64,000 bases of DNA from the NCBI GenBank assembly GCA_964629235.1, contig CAZVQB010000002.1, positions 4,339 through 68,338 of the forward strand, written 5' to 3'. The notes under the pieces were generated by a model, which made no database searches, was not told the DNA's origin, and worked only from the letters and a program-made list of their open reading frames with translations. The position numbers and the translations under genes were made by a program. The stretch comes from an uncultured Candidatus Saccharibacteria bacterium. Its GTDB lineage: Bacteria > Patescibacteriota > Minisyncoccia > Phycocordibacterales > PALSA-1337. Shown one piece after another: positions 31,391 to 41,171 of this stretch. The stretch's first letter is position 1, and each line of letters starts with the position of its first letter.

Positions 31391-32544
31391 TCAACAAATG
31401 TCTTTTGAGTATAAAGAGGTACAGTAGCAATAACTTCTGCGATCTTTTTACTTGTACTTTCTGAAAAATATAATTTTGATGATTCGTATCTACCCTTTTT
31501 GACTTGTTTCTGTATAGCCTTTTTTATTTCTTCTACATTATGATCAACAGTAATAACATTTTCTGCACTCAATCTCTTGAATTGTCTATTTCCAATATTT
31601 ACAACAGGTAAACCCATAAAAGAAGACTCTTTTATTCCAGCTGAAGAATTCCCTATCAAACATAGACTGTTGTTTAACAACCAAATAAAATCCTTTGGAC
31701 CCATATAACGCATAAAGCGTATTTTATGTCCTTTAACTTCATCCTTAAATATTCTAAGTTCATGTGATATATCTTCTGCACCCGCATCAGCATTTGGCCA
31801 AAACCAGAGTGTTGGAATCTTTAGACTATGTACTGCATCAAGTATCTTTTTTGTATTTTCATGTACATGTTTAACATCCATAATATCAGGATGATACATT
31901 ACCATCAGATATCCTTTACTGAGATCGAACATCGCTCCACTTCCAGTAGTATTTAAATCAAATTTATGTTTTTTGCTTGATAATTTCTTTACCACTTCAA
32001 TTTCTGGACTACCGAAATTAAAAACGTGTGAGTCTTTTTCTCCTAGTCTCAATACTCTTTTCCTTGCTGGCTCATTTGTTGTAAAGTGAATATGAGAAAG
32101 CTTCGTGATAGCGTGTCTTACACTTTCATCTATTGATCCAGATACATCACCACCTTCTATATGTGCTATTGGAATAGATAAATATGCAGCAGCAATTGTA
32201 GCTGACAGAACTTCAAATCTATCACCTCTTACCACAACAACATCAGGTTTAATCTGATTAAAAAGTGTAGTAAATTCTATTATTCCAAGTCCTGTCGTTT
32301 TTGCTTTTACGATTGTGTCATTACCTTCTAGATTAAAATGAAGTTCATATAACTTATCATATCCATCATCAGTTAATAACTTTTTAATATCTGCAAGTTT
32401 AGATGTATAGCGAGACAATAGAGCTGTACCGCCAACTACTATATGTAGGTCAATATCTTTTCTTTTCTTTAGTTCTTCTAGAATAAGAAAGTTACGACTG
32501 TAGTGTATAAAACTTGTAATAACGAAACAGACTTTTCTCTTCAT
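31387..32544 (-). CDS. neuC: UDP-N-acetylglucosamine 2-epimerase (NeuC/WecB family; hydrolysing type likely)
   Basis: The 385-aa ORF starts MKRKVCFVITSF and carries VVRGDRFEVLSATIAAAYLSIPIAHIEGGDVSG, the epimerase_2 signature. Confidence 0.8.
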   Translation of the reverse strand: MKRKVCFVITSFIHYSRNFLILEELKKRKDIDLHIVVGGTALLSRYTSKLADIKKLLTDDGYDKLYELHFNLEGNDTIVKAKTTGLGIIEFTTLFNQIKPDVVVVRGDRFEVLSATIAAAYLSIPIAHIEGGDVSGSIDESVRHAITKLSHIHFTTNEPARKRVLRLGEKDSHVFNFGSPEIEVVKKLSSKKHKFDLNTTGSGAMFDLSKGYLMVMYHPDIMDVKHVHENTKKILDAVHSLKIPTLWFWPNADAGAEDISHELRIFKDEVKGHKIRFMRYMGPKDFIWLLNNSLCLIGNSSAGIKESSFMGLPVVNIGNRQFKRLSAENVITVDHNVEEIKKAIQKQVKKGRYESSKLYFSESTSKKIAEVIATVPLYTQKTFVE

Positions 32545-32547
32545 AGT

Positions 32548-33531
32548 CTAGCTAATATGCAGTATTTTTCGCAAAAATGCAAATCTATTTGAGTATCTTA
32601 TTAGATATACTATTTTAACCAAAATTGGTGATAGAGACATGCGCGCTTTTAGATAAATACTCTTCGGGATTTCTATATCTTTTGATAATGTATCCTTCCT
32701 TGCAACCAAACGTATATGATGAGTATTCAATCCATCCTGTTTTTGCTTTTTAATTTGTTCTTGATTCTTTCCTTCATCAACATCCATATAAACAATTACG
32801 AAACCTGCTTTTTTACACATTAAAGAAAGTGTTTCTGGTGTAAACATATATACATGGTCGATCTGCACTCCTGATTGAAGTTTTCCCATTCTTCTTACTT
32901 GATGTCTCCAATTTTTTACCGCAAGGAAAATATGTCCTCCTGGTTCTAAAGCTTCGTGTGACCAATTTAGAAATTTCATTGGATCCAAAAGATGATTTAA
33001 ACTTTGAACACATAGAATATTTTTTACTTTATTCTTAATGTCCATATTCACATCCTCAAAAAGTCCACGAATCGTCTTTACGCCTTTTGACTCAGCATAA
33101 CCCGATTCTTCAAGCGAAGGTTCAATACCTAGTAGTTCTAGATTTTTCCTAGACTCTCTCATACCAAAAAGTATTCCACCCGTACTTGAACCAACATCAA
33201 TAGTAAGTCCATCTTTTACATATTTACCCATATAACCGACTATAGCCTTGCCGAATCTTCTAGCATTCTCAAAATTCTTCTCTAAATCTGAATTGTATTC
33301 ACGATTCTTTATACTTGCCCTGTCTTGTCTATAAAAAGACATATAGTATTCATCATAGTCTTTAGCGGTCATACGTGGATTAATAAAAACCAAACTACAC
33401 TTCTTACACATTACTGTATTTGCTTTAAGATTGTTTACACTTCTTTTAACAATTACCTTAAAATCATTTCCACCACAAAGATTACATGCTATGTATTCAA
33501 GATTCTTTTTATTGTAGTCAAATCCTTCCAT
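32548..33531 (-). CDS. Class I SAM-dependent methyltransferase with N-terminal Cys4 zinc-ribbon (copy 1)
   Basis: CNLCGG...CKKCSLVFINPR zinc ribbon, then the SAM motif IDVGSSTGG. Paralog of 36216-37163. Confidence 0.7.
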   Translation of the reverse strand: MEGFDYNKKNLEYIACNLCGGNDFKVIVKRSVNNLKANTVMCKKCSLVFINPRMTAKDYDEYYMSFYRQDRASIKNREYNSDLEKNFENARRFGKAIVGYMGKYVKDGLTIDVGSSTGGILFGMRESRKNLELLGIEPSLEESGYAESKGVKTIRGLFEDVNMDIKNKVKNILCVQSLNHLLDPMKFLNWSHEALEPGGHIFLAVKNWRHQVRRMGKLQSGVQIDHVYMFTPETLSLMCKKAGFVIVYMDVDEGKNQEQIKKQKQDGLNTHHIRLVARKDTLSKDIEIPKSIYLKARMSLSPILVKIVYLIRYSNRFAFLRKILHIS

Positions 33532-33532
33532 T

Positions 33533-34891
33533 TTATTTAATTAAATTAATTATATAATCTGCAATTCTTTTCCCTGATAGACCGTCTGTAAATGTTGTCT
33601 GTTCTTTTACCAGGTTCTCTCTTTCTTTACTCTTTACTGATGGATCATCTAAATATTTATTTATTGAATCTAATAACTCTTGTCTATTATTTACCAAATC
33701 AACAGCATTAGTCTTTAATACATTCTTATAATGCCAAGTTCTGTAGTATTGTACAGGAGATTTTAACAATTTTGGAATTTTATTTATTTCAAAATTTATA
33801 TTTATTACTGGTTTGTCAAAAATACTTGCATCAATACTAATACTTGAAGCATAACAAACCAAGACAGACATATGATAAAGAGTATCCTGTAAATGATCTA
33901 GATCTGCTTTATTCATATCCCAATCAACACCTCTTTTTGTACCAAAACGTATACCGGGTTTATCACATTTTAGATCTGGTCTCTTTGATATTTCTTCTTC
34001 ATCAACAAAATCATTTGGTTGGAATCTTACCAACAATTCACATTCATATTTCAATTCTTTTGAGTAAATCATTTCTTGTAATAGGTCGATTATATCCCAA
34101 TCAGCAGAACTAAATGCTCTACCCATCGGAGCATATACTATCAATTTTTTATCACTAGGAATTTTTATTTTATTAAAGAATTCTTCTCTTAGAATAGGTT
34201 TCCTTGTATAGAAAAAATCATATTGTGGTAAACCACTAACAAAAATATCTTGTTCATTCATTTCATTAAAATCCATCATCTCTCCTTTGACGATATCGTT
34301 AAAAACTATAGCTTTATCAGGCAATAATCTTAAAATACATCTTGAAGTAACCTTATCCCAAGAGTTTATATAACCTATTGTTTTTATTTTTCTCTTTTTT
34401 GCTTCTCTTAATAGATTGATTTCAATTTCTTCAAATAGATGGGCGGTAAAAACAAGATCTGGTGAATATTTATCAAAATACTCACTATATGTATTGTCTT
34501 TTATTAAAAGAAAATCCAAATATCTCACAATTTTTCTTATCAAAGACCAAGCAAGAATATAGTTCGATACTTTACCAAAATAGTATCCAAAAAATCTCCC
34601 TTCATAATCACTGACCATTTTTCGTTTTAAATTTGTAGTTTCAGTTCTAAGTAAAGTGAACTTCATCTTTGAGAAAAAACTATCGAACATTGGTATGGAT
34701 TTTTGTTCAACAAATTCAAATACTATTCTTGGATCATTGAATTCATTTTTATAATAATCTACTTTTTGTTGCGATTTTGTAAAAAGAACAATTCTTATAT
34801 CTTTATTAAAAAGAAGATTCTCTAAAATAGGTGTTCGTAGAATATTCTTTACTTCTACACCTTCAAAAATTGTTATAAATATTGTTTTCAT
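33533..34891 (-). CDS. Putative TagB/TagF-like (CDP-glycerol glycerophosphotransferase family-like) polymer transferase, paralog 1
   Basis: The 452-aa ORF has a C-terminal half with the R-x-(Q/H)-P and YASSISIDASIFDKPVININ pattern, similar to the TagF HP / TDYSS motifs. One of three paralogs. Confidence 0.4.
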   Translation of the reverse strand: MKTIFITIFEGVEVKNILRTPILENLLFNKDIRIVLFTKSQQKVDYYKNEFNDPRIVFEFVEQKSIPMFDSFFSKMKFTLLRTETTNLKRKMVSDYEGRFFGYYFGKVSNYILAWSLIRKIVRYLDFLLIKDNTYSEYFDKYSPDLVFTAHLFEEIEINLLREAKKRKIKTIGYINSWDKVTSRCILRLLPDKAIVFNDIVKGEMMDFNEMNEQDIFVSGLPQYDFFYTRKPILREEFFNKIKIPSDKKLIVYAPMGRAFSSADWDIIDLLQEMIYSKELKYECELLVRFQPNDFVDEEEISKRPDLKCDKPGIRFGTKRGVDWDMNKADLDHLQDTLYHMSVLVCYASSISIDASIFDKPVININFEINKIPKLLKSPVQYYRTWHYKNVLKTNAVDLVNNRQELLDSINKYLDDPSVKSKERENLVKEQTTFTDGLSGKRIADYIINLIK

Positions 34892-36216
34892 TTATTTATC
34901 AAATCTAATATTGCATTGAAAAGCCTTTCGGTATTTTTACCATCCAAAAATCCTGCCTCCATCTCAGCTAATTTCTTTCTTTTATCTTTATCTAGACTAG
35001 GATTTTTAACATACTCATCTAAATAATCTTTGAATTGCCGCATAGATTCAGCAAGCTTCACTCCCCCACTTTCTATTACTGGAATAAAATTATTATAATC
35101 GTAATATCTTCTTATACTATCGAAATATTCTCTCTTCTCATATCCATCAAAACCAAAAAGAATTATAGGCTTATTCATATATGCTGAATCAAGAACAAAA
35201 GTTGATGGTGAACTGATAACTAACTCTGACCAGAATAGGGTTTCAGCCAAATGCACATCGTCATTTTTATCGATTTCTGTAATCTTGATATTATCGAACT
35301 TTGGTTTTGCTCTATCATATATAACCTTTAGATTTGGAAATTTTGGATTATTCTCTAATTCTCTAACATAATCTCCTGGTGGAAGCCTGACTAGAAGTTG
35401 ATAATCTTTTGGTAAAGTCTTATCCAAAATATCTACAATATCTCTATCAACTGTATTATTTCTCAAATATCGATCACCTAACGGTATGAAGAGTGCTAAC
35501 TTTTTATCCTGATCACCACCTATTTTTTCTATAAATTCTTTTCTATTTGTAAACACATTTTTCTTATAATCATCATAGTGTGGAATTCCAATAACAGATA
35601 TCATTGATTCTCTTATTTCTTGAAGACATATCGCTTCATCTTTAATGATATTATTCCATACTAACAATTTATTAGGTATAACTCTTATGAGACCTTTTGA
35701 AGTAAGGTTGTCCCAAGAACGAACCATTCCTGCAGTTTTAATATTCGAAAAAATACCCTCATTCAATATTGCAATATCAAGTTCACTTTGGATATCGGTA
35801 GAAAATATGCAATCAGGTTTATACTGATCAAATAATTTCTCAAATCTTTTATTTTTATAACTTACTCTTTCTAGAAATCTTACGAATTTATGACCTATTT
35901 TATTTGATAATAAATAAGTTAAATACATTCCGCTACCTTTCATTTCTGTCTTTCTTTTTATATAAAGCGTTTTCGTATTTAATGCTGTTAGTGAAAGATA
36001 CTTTAATAGATTTTCTCTCTTGGTATTTTTAAATTCGAATCCTTCAACAATAACGTCATCTCTCTCAAAATTTTCTTTAAAAAAACTTTCTTTATTTTTT
36101 GGAGCAATTATTACAACTTTTATATTATTTTTAACAAGTACATCCAGGATTCCAGATGAAAGAATATTTCTTGATATGAGTGGATGAAAACTAGTTATAA
36201 AAATTGTCTTTTTCAT
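34888..36216 (-). CDS. Putative TagB/TagF-like polymer transferase, paralog 2
   Basis: The 442-aa ORF starts MKKTIFITSF and carries LVRLPPGDY...ISSPSTFVLDSAYMNKPIILF. Confidence 0.4.
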   Translation of the reverse strand: MKKTIFITSFHPLISRNILSSGILDVLVKNNIKVVIIAPKNKESFFKENFERDDVIVEGFEFKNTKRENLLKYLSLTALNTKTLYIKRKTEMKGSGMYLTYLLSNKIGHKFVRFLERVSYKNKRFEKLFDQYKPDCIFSTDIQSELDIAILNEGIFSNIKTAGMVRSWDNLTSKGLIRVIPNKLLVWNNIIKDEAICLQEIRESMISVIGIPHYDDYKKNVFTNRKEFIEKIGGDQDKKLALFIPLGDRYLRNNTVDRDIVDILDKTLPKDYQLLVRLPPGDYVRELENNPKFPNLKVIYDRAKPKFDNIKITEIDKNDDVHLAETLFWSELVISSPSTFVLDSAYMNKPIILFGFDGYEKREYFDSIRRYYDYNNFIPVIESGGVKLAESMRQFKDYLDEYVKNPSLDKDKRKKLAEMEAGFLDGKNTERLFNAILDLINK

Positions 36217-37163
36217 TATCTTTTAAGGAATTGCTGCAGACGTACAGTAAGTAAATATCTTAAATAAATATAATATTTGTTTATTGATAATAAAGTAAAA
36301 ATATAATTACCTTTACCTATTGTTAAATCCTTAAAAGGAGTTTTATTCAATCTTTTGGCCACAATGCGAATATGCACTCTTGGAATTCCTTGCATGATCT
36401 TCTTCTTTGTATATTCATCAGCTTCAAAGAAAAGGATTTCAAATCCAGCTGACGTTATAAAATCTCTCAGAACTTCAGGCGTATACATATAGACATGGTC
36501 AATCTTTACACTATTTTCATACTTTCCTGCTTTTTGTAATTGTTGCCTGAAATTCATAACTTCAACAACAAGAAGTCCATCATCAAAAAGAGATTCATGT
36601 GCCCATTTGAAAAAGTATCTCGGATCCAAATAGTGATTAAGAGCTTGAGTACTAACTATAACTGCAAATTTTTCTTTTTTATTATGATCTTCGATTAAAG
36701 CATGATAAGTCTTTATTCCTTGAGAATTCGCATAATCCGATTCTACCTTTGACGGCTCAAGACCTATTACTTCTCTATTTAAATATACTTTCATTCCTTT
36801 CAAAACACCTCCGACTCCAGAGCCAACTTCCATTATATTTCCTTTTACTTTTAGATATGGTGATATAAGCTCGCCCAAAAATTTGCCATGTCCTATAGTC
36901 GATTCAAATAATCTCTTGCAATCAAAATCTGAACCTGCCTCGCCATTGTTTATAGTCTTTTGTCTGTATTCTTCTTCATAATAGAATTTATAACCAGACT
37001 TCGTCATTCTCGGATTTATATATATAAGACCACACTTTTTACAAATAACAGAGTTTAAAGCTAGACCATCTGTACCCTTTTTTGACAGGATTTTATAATT
37101 GTTACTTAAACAGAAACTGCAAACAATATTCTCCTTTTCAATTGTATTGTATGGGAAAGACAT
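36216..37163 (-). CDS. Class I SAM-dependent methyltransferase with N-terminal Cys4 zinc-ribbon (copy 2)
   Basis: CSFCLS...CKKCGLIYINPR zinc ribbon, then MEVGSGVGG. Paralog of 32548-33531. Confidence 0.7.
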   Translation of the reverse strand: MSFPYNTIEKENIVCSFCLSNNYKILSKKGTDGLALNSVICKKCGLIYINPRMTKSGYKFYYEEEYRQKTINNGEAGSDFDCKRLFESTIGHGKFLGELISPYLKVKGNIMEVGSGVGGVLKGMKVYLNREVIGLEPSKVESDYANSQGIKTYHALIEDHNKKEKFAVIVSTQALNHYLDPRYFFKWAHESLFDDGLLVVEVMNFRQQLQKAGKYENSVKIDHVYMYTPEVLRDFITSAGFEILFFEADEYTKKKIMQGIPRVHIRIVAKRLNKTPFKDLTIGKGNYIFTLLSINKYYIYLRYLLTVRLQQFLKR

Positions 37164-37224
37164 TTTATGATAAACAAGTATATCACAACAAAATATTGCT
37201 TCAATTTTAAAAATTAATAAAAGA

Positions 37225-38619
37225 CTAGATAATTTTTTCTAAAAAATCTACATTTCTCTTATAAGACAAACCGTCTCTAAAGAAAATAAAATCATTGAAT
37301 ACTTTTTCTTGTTGCTTCTTTTTTACATCGTGATTTTTCAAACAAATATTAACATGTTCAACGATATTATCGAAACTCTTTGAGAGGAAAACTGCATCAG
37401 CATCAACAATTGGCTTATAGTGACGGAAATTGTATGCTCTATGATACTTTTCTGGATAATCTATATTTACAACTGGTTTTCCAAAGATAAAAGATTCGAG
37501 GGTCATTGTTGAAACGTAGTTTATAACTACATCAGAATATTTTAGAGTTAACTTTAGATTCAAAATATCATCCTCATGTATTTCAATTCTCGTACCCATT
37601 TCTTGTGAAAGCAATTTGCCCGGATATTCAACATGTAGATTTGGTATTTTACTATCAATATATACTTTAAATTTATCAAACTCCTCTTTTGGATGCATTC
37701 GCACTAGAATATTTGGTTTACCATCAAATTTGCCTTGATCACGAGCTTTCAATAGTTCTCCAAGAAGAATATCTTCATCAGGATAATTCCCTTTTGTAAC
37801 TGTAGTTATAAGTATAGTTTTTTCTTTTGGATTTAATCCTTTACTCAAAAGGAAAGTTTCTCTTGAGAGTTCACTTGGATTATTTACAGAATAAGAATCA
37901 AAACGCATTGTACCTGAGACAAATACATTGTTTTCTGAATATCCATATTCTTTTACTGCAGTATTTTTTATTATTTTATTCCAAACTATTAGATAATCTG
38001 GTCTTCTAAAATGCACGCCTCCATTATGAAGATTGTCCCAACTAAAATTTATCGCTGCAGTCTTTATACCAAATTTCTTTGCATATATTATTGCTTCAGC
38101 ATCAGGATGACTGAATCCTGGAGTTGCTGTTAGAAACATTACTGGTTTGTATTCTTTAATCTTTTCTTCAAGGGCTTTTGATCTTGGTATAAAAATTTTC
38201 TCTAGTTTAGTAAATAAATCATTTGTCCAAAAAGATGCAGGGGCAATATAAGAAAAATACTTTAAAAATCTTCTTCTCCAATCTTTCATACCCTTTTCTT
38301 TATTCCTAACTACCACCGGTTCAAAATCGTATTTACGGATTATTGAATACCTAAAATATTTACCAAATAGATTCCAAAATCCTGGATTTTGCAATTTCCA
38401 AGGAACATAAGTCACATTTTCTGATTTAAAATATGGCTTATTGTCTTCACAAAAAGCTTGTGGAGACATGAATACCACTACTTTGTATTTTGTTGATAAA
38501 TACTTTATATAATCTGTACGTAAAAAATCCGATGAGTAAACAAAGTTAGAAATAAAAAGAAATACTGTTTTCATAGAAAGGTATTGTAGCATATATGTTA
38601 TAATCGTTATTATTACCAC
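37225..38619 (-). CDS. Putative TagB/TagF-like polymer transferase, paralog 3
   Basis: The 464-aa ORF carries ILVRMHPKE...INYVSTMTLESFIFGKPVVNI. Confidence 0.4.
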   Translation of the reverse strand: MVIITIITYMLQYLSMKTVFLFISNFVYSSDFLRTDYIKYLSTKYKVVVFMSPQAFCEDNKPYFKSENVTYVPWKLQNPGFWNLFGKYFRYSIIRKYDFEPVVVRNKEKGMKDWRRRFLKYFSYIAPASFWTNDLFTKLEKIFIPRSKALEEKIKEYKPVMFLTATPGFSHPDAEAIIYAKKFGIKTAAINFSWDNLHNGGVHFRRPDYLIVWNKIIKNTAVKEYGYSENNVFVSGTMRFDSYSVNNPSELSRETFLLSKGLNPKEKTILITTVTKGNYPDEDILLGELLKARDQGKFDGKPNILVRMHPKEEFDKFKVYIDSKIPNLHVEYPGKLLSQEMGTRIEIHEDDILNLKLTLKYSDVVINYVSTMTLESFIFGKPVVNIDYPEKYHRAYNFRHYKPIVDADAVFLSKSFDNIVEHVNICLKNHDVKKKQQEKVFNDFIFFRDGLSYKRNVDFLEKII

Positions 38620-39738
38620 ATGAAAAAACCTATTCTGCTACTCTGGATAATTTCATCATGGATTCTCTATCCCTTTTTTAGTCTATCTTCAAAAATTAAG
38701 AGCAAAAAACTAGGTGAGAAAAAGAGAGTGCTTGTATTGCCACAACTTTCTAGAATTGGAGATATCGTCTGTTCTACTGGTGTATTTTATAATATTAAAA
38801 AATCATATCCTGATAGTTATGTATCTGTATTAGTATCGAAAAAAGCATTTGGAATTATAAAAAACAACAAAAGAATTGATAATTTTATTATTTATGAAGA
38901 CTATTCATTTTTTGGTTTAATAAATAAAATTAAATCAGAAAATTTCAACTATTCAATAAACCTTACAGCAACATCCATAAATACTTGTTTAACTCTTTGG
39001 AGTTGTATAAATCATAGAATCAAGACTGTAGTAGAAACTCCTCCAATTACAGAAAGACTTACTGATTGTATGTCGAATCATCGATTACTATACAGGAATC
39101 ATACATATTTACCACTTCACCATATAAAGTTGTTGAATTTCATTGGAATAAATAATCCTGAGGATAAAAAAGAAATATACCTAAGTGGTACAGCGGAAAT
39201 AAAGGCAAATGATTTTGTTAAAAACTTTGGAGAAAATAAAAAAATAATAGGAATAAGCATAACTGCAGGAAATAAAATAAAGGAACTTGGTGATGAAAGA
39301 TTTGAAAAATTAATCAATAAACTTTTAGAAAATCAGGATAACATAGTTTGCTGTATAGGATCTAAAAATGACTCAGAAAGGATTGATAAAATAATATCCA
39401 GCGTGAATAATCCTCGTTTCATTAAAGCAACTGATTTTAATTTGGAAGAATTACCATCTCTTATGAAAACATTCTCGCTTTATATTGCGGTTGATACTGG
39501 TCCTATTTATATTGCGCATGCCCTAGGAATACCTCTGATAGACATAATTGGTCCAGTAGATCCGAATGAACAACCACCAAAAGACAGTAAGAGTATACAA
39601 ATTCTTCCTAGAGGAGATATAAAACCTAGTTCATTTGTATTTAAGAAACGTGGAACTAAAGATGAAATTATTTCAGCAATACGAAATACTGATATAAATG
39701 ATATTTATAAAGCCGCAGTAATACTATTGAGTAAGTAG
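38620..39738 (+). CDS. Glycosyltransferase family 9 (LPS heptosyltransferase-like)
   Basis: The C-terminal motif DTGPIYIAHALGIPLIDIIGPVDP matches the GT9 D-S/T-G-P-x-H-L-A...G-P-T signature. Confidence 0.7.
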   Translation: MKKPILLLWIISSWILYPFFSLSSKIKSKKLGEKKRVLVLPQLSRIGDIVCSTGVFYNIKKSYPDSYVSVLVSKKAFGIIKNNKRIDNFIIYEDYSFFGLINKIKSENFNYSINLTATSINTCLTLWSCINHRIKTVVETPPITERLTDCMSNHRLLYRNHTYLPLHHIKLLNFIGINNPEDKKEIYLSGTAEIKANDFVKNFGENKKIIGISITAGNKIKELGDERFEKLINKLLENQDNIVCCIGSKNDSERIDKIISSVNNPRFIKATDFNLEELPSLMKTFSLYIAVDTGPIYIAHALGIPLIDIIGPVDPNEQPPKDSKSIQILPRGDIKPSSFVFKKRGTKDEIISAIRNTDINDIYKAAVILLSK

Positions 39739-41112
39739 ACCGTATCTAACAAACCAACCTCGTACTATTGATATACCCTTTCGAATAATAATTTTATCTT
39801 CTTCTTTAAAACCAAAAATGATCTTGAAATCGAAATGGAATCCTTTGTCCTGATTTTTCGTATATATATAGTTTGCAATAACCATAATTAAAGGCACAAG
39901 TACGAATTCAAGAGCCAAACCCCAAAGACCAATGAAAGGTAGTGTTGAGACAATAATTCCAAGTGCAAGACTATTTCTAAATAAATGTAAAAAGAAAAGG
40001 TACTTTTGCTTTCTTAATGCTATGAGATAGTTGCCTATTATTATTCCCGCCGCAAATATTGGTAAATTTAAAAGCATAAAATAGAATAGCGGTATTGATT
40101 GTTCGTATTTCGAGAAGAAAGTATATATAATCGGTGGAACTGCAATAATTGCTGATATAACCACCAATATACTTCCAAGTACAAAATATTTTATTCCATA
40201 AGAAAACATTTTAACTGATAAATGTTTATCTTTTATCCAAAGTGGAACAAGTGATTGCATGGTATTACTTGGCATTAAATCTTGAATTGTAGTAACAATA
40301 GTCTCAGCAATAGAATATATAGCTACCGCTTCAGTATTTATAAAGAATTTAACTAACCAAGGCTTAACTCTAAAAGTTATTTTATTTATAAATTGTCGAA
40401 GCACATCCCATGTTCCGTATGTTACGAAAATATTCCACAACAATACATTTGGAGTGACTGCTATATGACTCCATTTGAAATAAACTTTAAAGAATTGATA
40501 TGAAACCGCCAAAACACTGAGTGATGAAGCGATTATTATAGATAGTATCAATTGTTTCAAACCGAGATTGCCTTGTAAGAAATAATAAATAAGTACAATA
40601 GATTGAATAGCTTTATTTATAGTATATCTCTGAGCAACTACTGAAAACTTCAATCGGACTAGACATAGTAATCGTATAAGGACGAACAGCCCTTCACTCA
40701 ATATCACAAAAGAAATCATTCTCATATCTTTTACGAAATCGATATCGTAAGATTTAAAAATATAAACCGAACCAAAGAATATTATTGCCCAAGCAGTGAA
40801 AGTTATAACTATTCTAACCAAAGAATATTCTAAGAAAATTCTCTTTGCATCACTAAGTCTATTGTCAGCGATTGCTCGAGACATTTCATTTGAAATAATA
40901 GCTGAACCAAGATTCAAAACATCAGATGGTACACCTGAAAAAGAAAGTAGGAGTTGGAATACACCGTACTGATACAAAGTAAGTGATGTAATAGTTAAGA
41001 ATGTATTCAATAGACCTATTACTTTTGTTACAAGATTCCAAAAGGTTGAAACGGCTTCCCCTTTTAAGAAAATAGCCATAAATGACGGCTTTTTTTGAGT
41101 GTTTGTATCCAT
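39724..41112 (-). CDS. Wzx-like oligosaccharide/polysaccharide flippase (MOP superfamily)
   Basis: The 462-aa ORF has 12-14 TM helices and overall Polysacc_synt organisation. Confidence 0.55.
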   Translation of the reverse strand: MDTNTQKKPSFMAIFLKGEAVSTFWNLVTKVIGLLNTFLTITSLTLYQYGVFQLLLSFSGVPSDVLNLGSAIISNEMSRAIADNRLSDAKRIFLEYSLVRIVITFTAWAIIFFGSVYIFKSYDIDFVKDMRMISFVILSEGLFVLIRLLCLVRLKFSVVAQRYTINKAIQSIVLIYYFLQGNLGLKQLILSIIIASSLSVLAVSYQFFKVYFKWSHIAVTPNVLLWNIFVTYGTWDVLRQFINKITFRVKPWLVKFFINTEAVAIYSIAETIVTTIQDLMPSNTMQSLVPLWIKDKHLSVKMFSYGIKYFVLGSILVVISAIIAVPPIIYTFFSKYEQSIPLFYFMLLNLPIFAAGIIIGNYLIALRKQKYLFFLHLFRNSLALGIIVSTLPFIGLWGLALEFVLVPLIMVIANYIYTKNQDKGFHFDFKIIFGFKEEDKIIIRKGISIVRGWFVRYGLLTQ

Positions 41113-41171
41113 AACTTAATATACTATCATAAATTGTCATAACCATATATAATCTTAAAAAATACAATTTT

